Of a stretch of DNA of 64,000 nucleotides, positions 39,480-54,019 are shown piece after piece. The first letter of the stretch is position 1. Each line of letters begins with the position of its first letter. The notes under the pieces were generated by a model. The model did not search any database and was not told the origin of the DNA. It saw nothing but the letters and a program-made list of their open reading frames with translations. A program made the position numbers and the translations under genes. Source of the DNA: Octopus sinensis (taxonomy: Eukaryota); assembly GCF_006345805.1 (NCBI RefSeq), contig NC_043011.1, forward strand, positions 49,364,464 to 49,428,463, read 5' to 3'.

Positions 39480-39830
39480 TATAGTCACCTGGATTATCTG
39501 GATCGGCCAGGCTGTCTGGTGTCATGTCGGCTCTGCTGGCCACAGCATTTTCTCCGTTCCCCTCGTGCTCTCGATTCTCTCCTCCACGCTGTTCCAAATA
39601 TCTTTCCTAAATCGTCTCCCCACCTGATCGGGGGTATTCCGAGTGGTCTCCTCCGCTCATACGATTGTCTGTGAACCATGCGACATGACCAGTGACGTGA
39701 CCAGCCCATGAAGGACGCCGTCGCAGAATACGTTCACGCAAAACATGGAGGTATTCTGCGACGAACGACGTCCTTCATTCCAGTTTAATCTCTGATCTCC
39801 TCGTTCCGGGTGTGATCTCATAGGCATAGT
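39480..39830 (-). mobile_element. RTE-clade LINE 3' fragment
   Basis: WAGHV..RRPLGIPPIRWGDDL motif typical of the RTE RT C-terminus. Confidence 0.78.
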
Positions 39831-39869
39831 ACACAGAATAAAACGCTAAAATTCAGAAAATTTAACATT

Positions 39870-40115
39870 AGAAAAGGAAGAGGTGCTTAGACATATCAAA
39901 AGTGGTGTTTGCGAATGTCAGGAATCGTGGAATTTTGGAAGGTTACAGTGTCCTGGCAGCTCATAACCGATCTGGGTAATTTATTCTATGCTTTGAAAAA
40001 TCTTAGCATAACAAAATCTTTTTGAAAGACGCTAAACGACTTCTTGGTGATGTCTCCATTATTCAGCTCCCATTCTCTCTCCATGGCCTGTACAAGTTGC
40101 AACATTAAGAAGCAA
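39870..40115 (-). mobile_element. Old L2/CR1-group LINE 3' fragment
   Basis: Minus strand AAAGCATAGAATAAATTACCCAGATCGG resembles the WNxLP..VV motif. Confidence 0.45.
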
Positions 40116-40385
40116 TGATAAACAACGCATTATTTTTATTGACTTTTCACAAACGATAACTCGTTACTGTTTGCTGGTTGCCTTTCCACTTCCTAATATT
40201 GAAGATCACATGAGTTGTATTTTATTCCCGACAATAAATTCTACAACGAACCAAACTGGATATGAAAGCAGTATGCTATCAGATTCCATTCCGCAATGGC
40301 GATAAGAGACGGCTTTATAACGTATGAGGATAGGCATGTATGTCTATATCTATGAGTGTGTCTGTGTTTATATGGATGGAATGGA

Positions 40386-40763
40386 TGGAAGCACTCCGTC
40401 GGTTACGACGACGAGGGTTCCGGTTGATCCGATCAACGGAACAGCTGCTCGTGAAATTAACGTGTAAGTGGCTGAGCACTCCACAGACACGTGTACCCTT
40501 AACGTAGTTCTCGGGGATTTCAGCGTGACACAGAGAGTGACAATGCCGGCCCTTTTGAAATACAGGTACAACAGAACAGGAAGTAAGAGTGAGAGAAAGT
40601 GTGGTGAAAGAGTACAGCAGGGATCACACCATCCCCTGCTGGAGCCGCGTGGAGCTTTAGGTGTTTTCGCTCAATAACACCTCACAACGCCCGGTCTGGG
40701 AATCGAAACCGCGATCCTACGACCGCGAGTCCGCTGCCCTAACCACTGGGCCATTGCGCCTCC
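40386..40763 (-). mobile_element. SINE family B, tail type 2
   Basis: B head; tail ..GGAACCCTCGTCGTCGTAACCGACGGAGTGCTTCCA; matches 51967-52350. Confidence 0.92.
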
Positions 40764-42205
40764 GTTATATGGATAATGTAGTATAATAAATAACTATTAT
40801 GTATCGACGGGAATTAAATTTTCCGCTATTAATTTATATTTAGAAAGACGTTTTATCTCTTTCCAATAAATCAAACTTTGACCTCGTCTAATTTCTAATT
40901 AGTTGTGGAGAAAATGAGAACGATAAGAGAAACACTGTATTTCAAGCTGATCAATGGTTATTTCAATTTATAAGAATTCCCCTTTCGCGGGAGGTGGGGG
41001 TCTGTTACCCGAGCAACTTTTCAAAGAGTGTTGGGTGCTATATTACAAACAATGATATCAGGGAGGTACACCTCTAGCATGATCAATGATTTTATTATCG
41101 TAAGGAGAAAAATTGACATCAAAATGTTGATGTTGGCTACATTTAATTCACTTATTAAGGCAGCGAATATCACTTTGACCAATGACAGATATCTTCTCTG
41201 CTAAATATCTATCAAAAATTGAAAATAATCTTCTTCAACCTGCCCCTCAGTACTTAAAACTTTCTCCTTAACTGACATCTAATTAAACAATAACAATAAT
41301 AACTAGGCTTGTTTAGTAACGTCTCCATATGAGCGTCTCCTTTCTCGCAAATAATTCAACCCCTATCATCACTAAATCCGAATTTTCCATTGCGAAAACA
41401 ACGCCAAGACGGTAATCATTCTCCTAAATATTTCTATAATCAATACCTGTTTCTTTCTCACATATTTTACCTGAAGTTCCATTACGCTTTAGAACTAATG
41501 ATGCAGCACTCAGAACCAAATCTCTTAGCAATTCAATCAATTATGGCTGTCTAAATTATTAAGAAAGTGCAGAAAATTTTAGTTTTTACTTCGAGGTTAT
41601 GTTATATTACTCACAGGTCAACAATATATCTCATTCATATTTTATTTTGCAACATAATCTCAAAGGCAGCGAACAGACAGAATTGTTGGCACGTTGGACA
41701 AAATGCTTAGCATCATTTCTTCCGTCTCATTATGTTTTGAGTTTAAATCCAGCCTAGATTGACATCGCTTGTCATTCTTTGGAGGTAGATAAAATAAAAT
41801 AACGTTCAAGCACTGAGGTCAATGTAGTCGATTTGCTCCCATTCCTCCAAATTGCAGAGCTTGTACTATCTGAAGACAGGGAAATTGAAGTAGACGATTT
41901 AAGTCTAATACATTTGAACTAAACCTCAATCATATGAAACTACTTGACGCTCTGCCCCACGAAGCTTTTATCAAACATCCAAATGGTCAAATTCAGACAA
42001 ATACTATAATGCTCCTCTTCATTATGCTTGTATCAAATAGATTAAATTGAGTCAGACTTACCTGCAGTGATGCTTCTCATCTGTAAGCTTGTATTAAATA
42101 GAAAGCAGGTCAAATTGAGACAGTCTCAATGATAGGTGGCCAAAAGTTCGAAACATTTTTTGGAAAATTAGAATTGTCGTCCTCAGGTGCAGTTCGGTCC
42201 AAATA

Positions 42206-42630
42206 CAAGGGGTCCATAAAGTCACGGGGTAATGCTACAAAGTTACTTCATTCTTAAACTTGATCAATTAGAACTGATAGAAAATGCAGTTTTTCAACCA
42301 GATGGTGCACCTTTTCATTTCTTCTACATGTTAAGCAGTTCCTAAATGTGAAATTCCCTAACAGATGGAATGAAAGGAGTGGACTATTATTTCGGCCTCC
42401 ACGCTAACCAGATTTGACTTCATTGAATTTCTTTTTATGGGGACATGTGAAAAGTATTGCTTATTCAACAAAGCTTCAATCTTTAGAAGACTTTAAAGCA
42501 AATATAACTGATATGATTGAAGGTGTTACTGAAAATCAGCTGGAAAATGTTTTCCGACAACTACAGAATCGTATTTCTCTTTGAATAAGTAATAATGGTG
42601 GACATATTGAAAATTAACAAGATAAATACA
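42206..42630 (+). mobile_element. Tc1/mariner-superfamily transposase C-terminal remnant
   Basis: FQPDGAP..FPNRW..PPR*PDLTSLNFFLWGHVKS..NNGGHIEN* preceded by TA|CAAGGGGTCCATAAAG. Confidence 0.85.
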
Positions 42631-42677
42631 AGATCTATGTCATTCTTCTTTCTTATCCTTTTTTACAGTAAAATTCT

Positions 42678-42903
42678 ACTCTCTTTTACTCTTTTATTCT
42701 TTTACTTGTTTCAGTCATTTGACTGCGGCCATGCTGGAGCACCGCCTTTAGTCGAGCAAATCGAGTCTTGGACTTATTCTTTGTAAGTCTAGTACTTATT
42801 CTATCGGTCTCTTTTGTCGAACCGCTAAGTTACGGGGACGTAAACACACCAGCATCGGTTGTCAAGCGATGTCGGCGGGACAAACACAGTCAAACAAACG
42901 TAT

Positions 42904-42986
<83 letters not shown>

Positions 42987-43158
42987 CATTCATATATACG
43001 ACGGGCTTCTTTTAGTTCCGTCTACCAAATCCACTCACAAGGCTTTGGTCGGCCCGAGGCTATAGTAGAAGACATTTGCCCAAGGTGCCACGCAGTGGGA
43101 CTGAACACGGAACCATGTGGTTCGTAAGCAAGCTACTTACCACACAGCCACTCCTACG
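42678..43158 (-). mobile_element. SINE family A, full length
   Basis: Direct match with an expanded internal CA/TA/GT tract. Confidence 0.92.
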
Positions 43159-43366
43159 CCTAAAAAATAATGAAATAATCTGTTCGTCAAAGTCGACCTC
43201 GGCGAATTTCGAACTCAAAAACGTAAAGACAGTTGAACATTTCACCCGGCGCGCTAACATTTTTGCCGGCTCACCATGTATAATTACAAAGAAGCAAGTA
43301 CTTTAAATTGCACCATGATAATAAGGACATTCTATATATGCAACGTAGAGATGTTATAACTAAATA

Positions 43367-43607
43367 AATGTGCCCTTTTAAAACCTAGCCAGGCTCATGG
43401 ACCCAGTTTCCCGCTTTCTATGGCGTATGCGTCCACCCAGCTGGACGGGACGCCAGTCCATCGCAGCGTTACTCATTTTTGCCAGCTGAGTGAACTGGAG
43501 CAACGTGAAATGAATTGTTTTGCTAAAGAACACAACGCGTCGCCCGGTCCAGGAATCGAAACCACAATCTTGCGATCATGATGCTGACACCCTAACCACG
43601 CGCCTCC
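43367..43607 (-). mobile_element. SINE with family E core and family B type 1 tail
   Basis: TTTCACGTTGCTCCAG core joined to the GCTGCGATGGACTGGCGTCCCGTCCAG tail. Confidence 0.82.
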
Positions 43608-44489
43608 ACAAGGTAGAGATGTACTTGCCTAATATCTTCTAATTGAAGCATTGGATCGTTTAGGTGGTGAGTGTGTCTCTGCCTTGTATATATTTGAATC
43701 GAATTGTGCTTGGCGTAGCAATTTAAATTTTTGAAAAATGTTCTAATCCTTTGGTGATGTTTGTAACTCTGTCTGAAAGGTCTTTCAACATTTGAAATCA
43801 AGCGTTAGTTACATTAGTGAGAGCGTCACTGATTATTGCCGTGATGTTAGCTTCTTCAAGAATCCAGCCACAGCAAGCTTTGGATCCGCAGATGAATATT
43901 CCGTCCGCGATCTAGCGCATCAATATGTTCATCAGTCAGGTTCAGTAATCATGGGAAAAGTCCAGTATTCACCCGGATATAAAAGAGGAAATCATGGCTC
44001 CACTCTTCGAGCTTCCTCATCGCTCAACAAAAATCGGAAAAGCATTGGGAAGGCTTAATATTTAAAGTGTCAGTAGACGCTACGAAATGAATTTCATACT
44101 TCCGGCCCAAACGCATTACGGTATGGTTTAGTTGAAGGCTGACAGACTAATTGGTACTAAATATGGATTTTAAACCCGTATTTTCAATTCAAATATTGAA
44201 CGTTTCAGTCGGATAAAACAATTTAACTCTTGACAAATATATTTCCTCACAGCAGTTCTTTGTCTCTATATTTATCTGAGACTGATATTTGTAACGAAGT
44301 TCCTATCTCATATGTGAGAGACTACAAGCAAGGAAATTGTTAGAAACACGAAGCATAAATTATAGAGTTGTTAGCTACAAAATAATGCTTCGTTCTACTA
44401 TATACTTTGGGTTCTTATATTTTGTTCTTCATAATACTAGCTATTCACGATATGTACGTACAAATATTCATGTGTGTGTGTGTATAAAA

Positions 44490-44626
44490 TCATCTGCTAT
44501 GCTGGACTGCTGAACTCTACACGTTTTTTCATTCTCTCTGTGTTTATTTCCACTTATTCCTTCCTGCTGAAGAGCGTAGGCTCTAAGCCTAAAAGATTTT
44601 TTCATTTTTCCCGAGCGTCAAACTAA
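44490..44626 (+). mobile_element. Probable PLE pLTR remnant with degenerate hammerhead core
   Basis: CTGAAGAGCGTAGGCTCTAAG: short GAGC/GCTC stem with the GAAA segment mutated. Confidence 0.45.
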
Positions 44627-44703
44627 GAGTGAGAGAGACAGAGACAGAGACAGAGACAGAGACAGACAGATAGGCAGACATATAGGCAGACAGACAGGCA
44701 GAC

Positions 44704-44788
<85 letters not shown>

Positions 44789-44790
44789 GG

Positions 44791-44862
<72 letters not shown>

Positions 44863-45755
44863 GCTTATTTTGTCCGCATTAATAATTATTCACAAATAAT
44901 TCTTCGATAACATTCCTTACACGTATTTAAATACGAAACGTCATAACGTTCAGTGTTGGCTCTAAATTTTATAGAAAAGTCTGTCGAGATAATCTTTAAA
45001 ATGAAATCAACGCACTGCTGACACAGAAGGAGGACACACTATTGACTAATAAACCTTTGATATATTTAATAGAATATTACGGTTTCAAAATTAAATATAA
45101 TGTCCCTAACAGTAATTAATACGTACCATTTGCCAGGAATGTGTTTAATATATGTAAATTGGTCTATTCAGTAATGTTACACCGCCAAAATTCTTGGTTA
45201 TATGTACAATGTATTTGCGGATACTTCACAAGTTTATGTGGCACTGAGAAAGGAACAATAACTCCCGAAATAAGTATATACATCTCTTATCTATTTTTCT
45301 ATATTCGATCGCATTACTTACATGGACATATTCGTTTAGGAAACGTCGTGACTTTCAATGTTAGCTCTAAATTCCACAAAAATTCTTTGGAGATACACTT
45401 AAAATTATACATATATATTTTTTTCAATAATTCACTTAGGCGAAAAGCGCTAATAACTAAGAATTCAATATAGACATGCTCCAGAAATGCACAGTGAAAG
45501 AAGAAATTAAATAAATGAGAAGCGAACAAGAATTTATTTAATGAACATTACATAATATAATTGTTCATTACACAAAAATTGTGTCTTGTCATTTATTTAA
45601 TTTGTGTATGCATACATATACACATGCATACGTGCACACACACGCGCATATATATATATATATATATATATGCATACATATATATGTAATATATATATAT
45701 GTGTATGTGTGTATATATATATGCATATATATGTATATATGTATGCATATATATG

Positions 45756-45858
<103 letters not shown>

Positions 45859-46326
45859 TATATATTTATATGCTGTTGTGTCTGGGATGAGTCATTTTCT
45901 TTTGTACCTTATGATTTAACACACTCACCGGTAAATTTATAAGGCACAGAAAGAAAATGATTCTCCCCAGACACAACAGAATATGCTTCAACACACGAAC
46001 TCTCATAAAGAATCTTGCAAACCAAATCCCAAAATGATATATATATATATATATATATTATATTAATGTATATATATACTATGTAATATACAATAATAAT
46101 ATGAGGTAATATTATTCCAAACTTACATGGAAAAATTCAATTTAGAAATACTAAATAAATTTCCTCAATATATATATATATATATAAATTAGAAAAAAAA
46201 CCCTACCATTTATCAATTCAATATTTTATCATATATTAATATTTCTATGTGTATGTAATTTTTCTAAATGGTATAATTTAATTTTTCATTATTGAATGAT
46301 AAAAGGTGGTTATTTTTTTATTTATA

Positions 46327-46383
<57 letters not shown>

Positions 46384-46391
46384 GTATAGAG

Positions 46392-46445
<54 letters not shown>

Positions 46446-47019
46446 CATATACGCACACTTATATTTATATGTATATCGATTCGTCAGTAGTTCATATGGC
46501 GGAAAAAGTGGCACACTCTAAAACTTTGGAACAGTGATATTTTGTTAAGATTTAAATTTTATGCCAGGTCAGAGAGTGACCTTTGGCTTCGCAACTATAA
46601 AGCGCCTCGCTCCTGGAATAACCGGAGACTTATATAAACTGGAGCAACCATTGTAAACATCCCTTAGCAGTGAAAGAGCAAAAGATGTATTTAGTCAATG
46701 CCGTTGTCTAAGACGTTTCCTGGTACAAGCTTGAAATTTCCCATTCGTTGAATACAACCGCAGCAGCATCTTCGAATATCAACACACCCGGAACTGTTGC
46801 AATGGATATAACCCTATCCCGCCTGTAACAACTTTTACACGTTCATTCCGGATGCATTATAGTTTTTATTTACAAAACTAAATGAGCTTGACGTCTTTCT
46901 CTCTCCAGTTGTAGAGGGGTTATGTACATTTGGCTATTTGAATCTGGCGAATCACCTATACGATTAACCGCTTTATAGGTGCGAACAAATGGTCACTCTC
47001 TTACTGGCCATAGCAATTA

Positions 47020-47055
<36 letters not shown>

Positions 47056-47405
47056 TATATAATAATAATATTAGGGAGTAAAACCAAACTTACAGGGGAA
47101 AATTAGATTTAGGATTAAATCTAATTTTATAGTATAAATATATATATATTATATTAAATTAGAGATAAAACCACTATTAGGCAAATCAAACAGTGAAAAT
47201 CATAAGCCAATACATAGAAATAAAATTAATTAATAAAATATATAAAAAATATAAAATATAAAATTCCAAATTAAAATATTTAAATTAAAGTTAAGATTAA
47301 AAAATTATTTAAATTAATATTTAAACTTATAAATTTTAAATATATATATATATATTTATTTATTTATTTTTGCCTAATAGTGGTTTTATCTCTAATTTAA
47401 TATTA

Positions 47406-47452
<47 letters not shown>

Positions 47453-48290
47453 TTAAATACCTATACCTCTATACTTCATTCTTATAATTTTTTCTTTTAG
47501 TATATGCGTATATAACCATTATATAGATACACGTTCGTATATTTGGCCGAGTGTATTTCTAGCGACTGGGCCGTGATAAACTCTAACCGTAAGATGTGAT
47601 ATTACAGTGTTCAGTATGGCTCAAGAGACTGGACTACAATAAACTCTTACTGGTCAAGTGTCTAGTAGAGATCTATAATAGACAGACCTCTGAAAAACCC
47701 TTATTGTAAGATATAAATGTCAAATATCTAATATTACTGTGTTTAATAAAGCGGCGATACAAGAGAGTCGCTAGCACGCCGAAAAAAGTGCCTGGCGGCA
47801 TTTTATCCGTATTTACATTCTGAGATCAACCTCCGTCAAGGTCAACTTTGCTTTTCATTCTTTTGGGGTCGTTAAAATAAATACCGTTTGAATACTAGGG
47901 TTGATGTAATGGACTTATCCCTTCTCCAAAATTCCTTGCATTGTGCGAAACTTTAAATCCAATATTACTATTTCTAGTATAGTTCTACAGCCTGGGCTGT
48001 TTACTCTAAAATCCGGCATTCTTTCTTTGTTAGTTCTTTTAATGACCATTGTTATTTTTTAACCCTTTAGTGTCCAGATTACTCTGTCAAATGTAATGAT
48101 CCTTTATTCACAGGATTGTGAACTAATCCTGCTTAATCTCATAGCTTTTCGGTTTCAATTATTTGATTATATGTTTTCGCAATAACATTTTAGGGTATGT
48201 GTGAGAAGCCAGATATTGTCAGTTTCCATATGAAATGAGTAGTATATTTGGTTGGAATTTGGCCGTTTAAATGTTTGCTTTGTTTGTTTC

Positions 48291-48581
48291 TTCTCGAGCC
48301 ATCCCTGGCTCATAAGGGCCGATTTCCCGGTTTCCTTGGCGTATAGTTTACCTACCTGCACGGGACGCCGGTCCGTCGCAGGTGAGCTGCAAGATGCAGG
48401 AGGAAAGAGTGAGAGAAAGTTGTGGCGAAAGAGTCTGCAGAAGTTCGTCATTACCTTCTGCCGGAGCCGCGTGGAACTTAGGGGCTTCGCTCATAAACAC
48501 ACACATCGCTCGGTCTGAGATTCGAACCCGCTATCCCTTGACCGCGAGTTCGCTGCTCTAACCACTAGGCCATGTGCCTCC
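48291..48581 (-). mobile_element. SINE family B variant (tail type 4)
   Basis: Matches 15338-15597. Confidence 0.88.
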
Positions 48582-48887
48582 ACATGGCCATTTAAATGCT
48601 AAAGAGTTAACCCAAGGTAAAGCTTTCAACCAAAAGAATTCAACCCAAAATTATACCATCTTTATCTTATGTAAGTGGAATACAAGACCTATTTACCAAA
48701 CGCAATGTTTTTTGAATTGGGACTGCTCTTTCTGGGCGGTGAGTGAGTAGATGGAAATTGCTTCTTTGGCCTGTCTACTCATAGTTAATAGAAAACTAGA
48801 AATGACCAAAATTCGACAACTACCACGACTAAAAGTGGAACAGCAGTGGCAGCAGATACTGCATTTACAAGTGCACTATCATCACCA

Positions 48888-48889
<2 letters not shown>

Positions 48890-48964
<75 letters not shown>

Positions 48965-49084
48965 TACATATATATATATACATATATATAATATATATAT
49001 ATATACCTATATATATATACTATTATATATACATATATATATATATACTTATATATACATATATATATATACATATATATATAC

Positions 49085-49129
<45 letters not shown>

Positions 49130-49260
49130 CATATATACATTATATATATATACGTATATATATATGTATATATATACATATATATATACATATATATACA
49201 TATATATATATATATCATATACATATATATACATATATATATACATATATATATATATAT

Positions 49261-49312
<52 letters not shown>

Positions 49313-49350
49313 TATATATATATTATATACAATATAATATATATACATGA
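48890..49350. repeat. (CT)n followed by a long (TA)n/(TACA)n array
   Basis: Direct inspection. Confidence 0.95.
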
Positions 49351-50153
49351 GCAAACACACTCACATAACACAGACATACATTTATGTAACGTTCATATAC
49401 ACTATAAAAGCACACGCGGATATGTATAATGCCAGCATTATAGCTGATACCCAGATAAATATATAGCAATATAGATTATACAGATAAATATATGTCCGTG
49501 TGTATGTATGTGTATACATACATACATACATACATATATATATGTGTGTGTGTGTATATAAATGTATATATATATATGTATATATGTACATACTTACATA
49601 TTTATTCATATATGTGCATCTGTGTATAAATTGTATGTATATATTCATGCAGTTGTAGGTATCTTATCTATCTATATACTATCTATCTATCTATCTCTAT
49701 ATATATATATATATATATATAATCATATATAATAATATATTATATTATATAATATATTATATACATATATATATATAATATATAATATATATATATTATA
49801 TATATATATATATTATATATATAATATTTAAACATCTATATATATATATATATATACACACAAGCGCACACACACTCACAAATATATACATATATATATA
49901 TTATATAATATAATATATGTGTGTGTGTGTTGTGTGTGTGTCTGTGTGTGTGTTTGTATGGATTATATAAAGGCTTGTCTAGACAAGAATAAACTCATAT
50001 ATCTACTATGAATCACCACTAAACAGACACGCACTCTTTTTAAAGTTGCAACAACACAAACACATACACACACACGCTCTCTTTCTTTCTCACTCGCACA
50101 CACGCACACAAAATATCTATATATATATGTATATATTACATATAATATATATA

Positions 50154-50203
<50 letters not shown>

Positions 50204-50484
50204 AGCTTCATTCAACATGACGATTGTATTTAGGTGCAGATATACTTACACAAGCATGTAGATTAACCATGTGTTTGTGTCATGTGTGTATGTGTGCGCA
50301 TGGGCGTTAGTGTGTGTGTGTGAGTGTACATAAAAAATATGCGTGCGTACACAGACATACACGTATATATACAGATGCACATTCAGCGAGTAGGCATATA
50401 TTTATATACACACATAACAATACGTACACATACATACACCCATAGAAATATATATACATGCATACATCTTACATACATACATAC

Positions 50485-50584
50485 NNNNNNNNNNNNNNNN
50501 NNNNNNNNNNNNNNNNNNNNNNNNNNNNNNNNNNNNNNNNNNNNNNNNNNNNNNNNNNNNNNNNNNNNNNNNNNNNNNNNNNNN
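50485..50584. other. Assembly gap (100 N)
   Basis: Run of N flanked by (CATA)n. Confidence 1.
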
Positions 50585-50843
50585 TTGCAATTTTCCTGAC
50601 GTTGAAACAGAAACATACATACATATATATGTGTGTGTGTGCGTGCGTAGATTGAGATAAAAATATACGCAAATGCAATACACACACACAGGCACATATA
50701 TAACATATATTATCTATGTATGTCTATATATGATATATATATATATACATACATATATACACACACACATATATAGTATCACATATATATATATATATTA
50801 TATATTATATATATATATATATTATATATGCATATATACATAC

Positions 50844-50886
<43 letters not shown>

Positions 50887-51966
50887 AAAATTTGCAACGG
50901 CGATTTTTGGAATAAATCCTATTACTCAACCAAGCATGAACTTGAGATAAATTTGCAAAAAAGCCAAAATCTATCCACGTGACTATTGCTTCCTAATTAG
51001 GCTCCATTCCGTTTCTGCTCCACCACCATAAGAAATTATATAAACTAGCTTTTCAATATTGGAAGCCGCTAATTAACAACCCTATTTTCTCTTATCCGGG
51101 GGACACCGATTGGACCCTCGTGTATTCTTTTAACTACAGCTGCTGCCAGTGTTATTGTTTTCGTTGTGATGTGGTGGCGGTTGCGGTGATGACGTGCTTG
51201 TTGCAGTTGTTGTTTACTCATGTCATTGTTGTTGTTGTTCTTGTTGTTGTTGTTGTCGTTTTCTGATTACAGCTTCACTATACAGTATTGAAAAAATATA
51301 GACTGACGTCTACAATCATGTTTGAGATGTCGGTATACACTAGGGCTTGGAAAACTTATGCTGTCGATATCATTTCGAGTGAACAATTGTAAGTATAAGT
51401 AATATATTAAGACTTGGACTATGAAAGACGTCAGTGGACATTAGGTCTTGGGTTTCTGTCTCGATACGCCTCGTCACCTACGGATACCGAATCGTTGTTG
51501 ATAACCGCGAAGAACAAGTTTTCTTATACTATACGAATATGGCAAATGTAGTATTACCCACGCATATTTCATCCAGCTCGACAAAGCTTTTATTATGTTA
51601 GCGTATGAAGTGTGTAGAGTTTGCTGTCCTTAATTTAAATCAGAATAAAGGCTACAAAGCATTTTCCCGATCTTTCAGCAACTCTGCCAGCTCCAATCGT
51701 AGCTTACGGTTTCAACATAATCAACTGGTAAATGAGCGAAATAAAGAAGCTTGACTCCAAGACCTTTTTCTCTTCTTTTTTCTAAGCATAAACCGATCAA
51801 CACCTTTAATGAACGTGTTTACAGGTGTCTGCATTAGAAAAAAACACTCTTCTACCTTTCTTAAATAATATCTACCCCTCACCTAATAATTATTTCTGCA
51901 ACTTCTCTTTATTCTTACTTCCTCTATTCATCCCTTCATCGTTTCTTTTATCTATCATCTTTTGTG

Positions 51967-52350
51967 TGGAAGCACTCCGTCGGTTACGACGACGAGGGTT
52001 CCGGTTGATCCGAATCAACGGAACAGCCTGCTCGTGAAATTAACGTGTAAGTGGATGAGCACTCCACAGACACGTGTACCCTTAACGTAGTTCTCGGGGA
52101 TATTCAGTGTGACACAGAGAGTGACAAGGCCGGCCCTTTGAAGTACAGGTACAACAGAAACAGGAAGTAAGAGTGAGAGAAAGTTGTGGTGAAAGAGTAC
52201 AGCAGGGATCACCACCATCCCCTGCCGGAGCCTCGTGGAACTTTTAGGTGTTTTCGCTCAATAAACACTCACAACCCCCGGTCTGGGAATCGAACCCGCG
52301 ATCCTATGACCGCGAGTCTGCTGCCCTAACCACTGGGCCATTTCGCCTCC
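51967..52350 (-). mobile_element. SINE family B, tail type 2
   Basis: Matches 40386-40763. Confidence 0.92.
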
Positions 52351-52708
52351 ACATCTATCATCTATCCTCTATTTGCTTATGCCTCCCTCCCTTTCTCCTT
52401 TAACTTTCGTTCTTTCGTTCCTTCTTTCTTCGTCTATACCTTCTTTTCTTTCCTCGCCATATGACGTCTGTTTCGTCAACAGCATTTTTATATTGAAGCG
52501 TTCTCTTCAAAACTTCGATTTCCATATATGTATAAGCGTGCATATAGGTAGGTGTTCTTGCATGTATATGCATATATGTTTATATATGTCTGTATGTGTG
52601 CCTGTGTATATGTGTATATATGAATGTGTGTATATATTTTATGTATATATGTATATGCTTATACGTGTGTATGTGTATGTATACGTGTGTTTATATATGT
52701 ATTTATCT

Positions 52709-52768
<60 letters not shown>

Positions 52769-52769
52769 A

Positions 52770-52935
52770 TTGATAGAAATGGTAAGACACCAAAAGAATG
52801 AAAGAGACCTCGATATTATGTAAATAGAGAAATTTATCTTTAAATATATGTGACAATTATTCGGTAGCCATGATAAAAATCGAAGTTTCGGATGTCGGGA
52901 CGGAAACCCATCTCTTCAGTTATCCGGCCATAGAA
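52770..52935 (-). mobile_element. PLE pLTR-like remnant with degenerate hammerhead
   Basis: Minus strand GATAA-CTGAAGA-GATG..CATC-C-GAAAC..TTATC (stem I GATAA/TTATC; stem III damaged). Confidence 0.55.
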
Positions 52936-53696
52936 AAAATATGTATATATGTATATTTATATTTATACACGTCACATGTTGCAGTTTCTTACATCTGTTA
53001 AAATGTCTAATTGATACTCACTGTTGTTTATATCCTCCCTGATAAGAATGATGCATTGCTCTACATTATTCATCCTGTCAGATATATTTTGTATGCGCCC
53101 ATTGAAACATATGTAGATGATATAAAAATATAAATAGTTTAATAACGTCTTAAGTGCTTGTGTCCGTTTTCAATTTTTGCTATGTTCTTCAAAATACGCC
53201 TCGTTTCTCTCAGAAATGAACTCGCACAGAAGTGTGATTACTGACACTTATGTGACACCTGGCTACTCTGTAATTATTTCCCTGGATCTTTCGTATGTGT
53301 GTGTGTAATCATATGTAAAGGTAAGAGCCCCGGATCAAGGAGTAGGAAGTTAGTAAACTTCGGCCAGTCTGTAAAAGGTATAAAAAACCAGCTTTCAGGA
53401 ACAATAATGGTTTATTGACGTAGAAAGTTGTAAATTTTTCCCACATCGAAGATCAATAAGCTGAAACCGTAACAACTGGGGTTGATATGTAGGTTAATGA
53501 AACCCAAATTTGGGGAATGGAGCTGGTACAGAAATATATATGTATATATATATATATATACATGTGCGTGTGTTTGCATGTATGTATGTTTGTAAGCATG
53601 TATGCATATATATGTATATACATGCATACATACATATATATATTATATATATATATATACATATATACATGTGTGAAAAAAAATATATTTATATAT

Positions 53697-53909
53697 CACG
53701 TGACCGACCAGATGTTGCTACACATCGCTGGTCACAATGCGCTTTGCATTGTTTTAGCCTTCAAATGACACCACCCCGCTGGGTAAGCGAGAAAGAGTGC
53801 GAGAAAGTTGCGGAGTCTCGTGGAGCTTTAGGTGTTTTCGCTCAATAAACACCCACAAAGCCTGGTCTGGGAATCGAAACTGCCCTAACCACTGGGCCAT
53901 TGCGCCTCC
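53697..53909 (-). mobile_element. SINE family B, tail type 3, internally deleted
   Basis: Matches 23616-23920 with deletions. Confidence 0.85.
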
Positions 53910-54019
53910 ATATATATTAGTGTATGCAGTACATTGTAGACACTTATATAACTAAAGATATATTTATATATCTACATTCATATATATATATATATATATA
54001 TACATATATACATGTGTGT

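Noticed and set aside
41471-41550. Minus-strand 80-nt exon-like segment with good splice sites
   Set aside because: Stops in all three frames and no other support; at best a non-coding exon.
43777-44058. 93-codon plus-strand open frame in unique sequence, and its antisense frame with several in-frame TGA suggesting an alternative code or selenocysteine
   Set aside because: No recognisable motif. The TGAs are simply antisense to TCA serine codons, and I saw no SECIS or mitochondrial features.
46700-46860. Protein-like short frames on both strands (e.g. RNCCNGYNP; VISIATVPGVLIFED)
   Set aside because: Under 50 codons, weak splice signals, no recognised homology.
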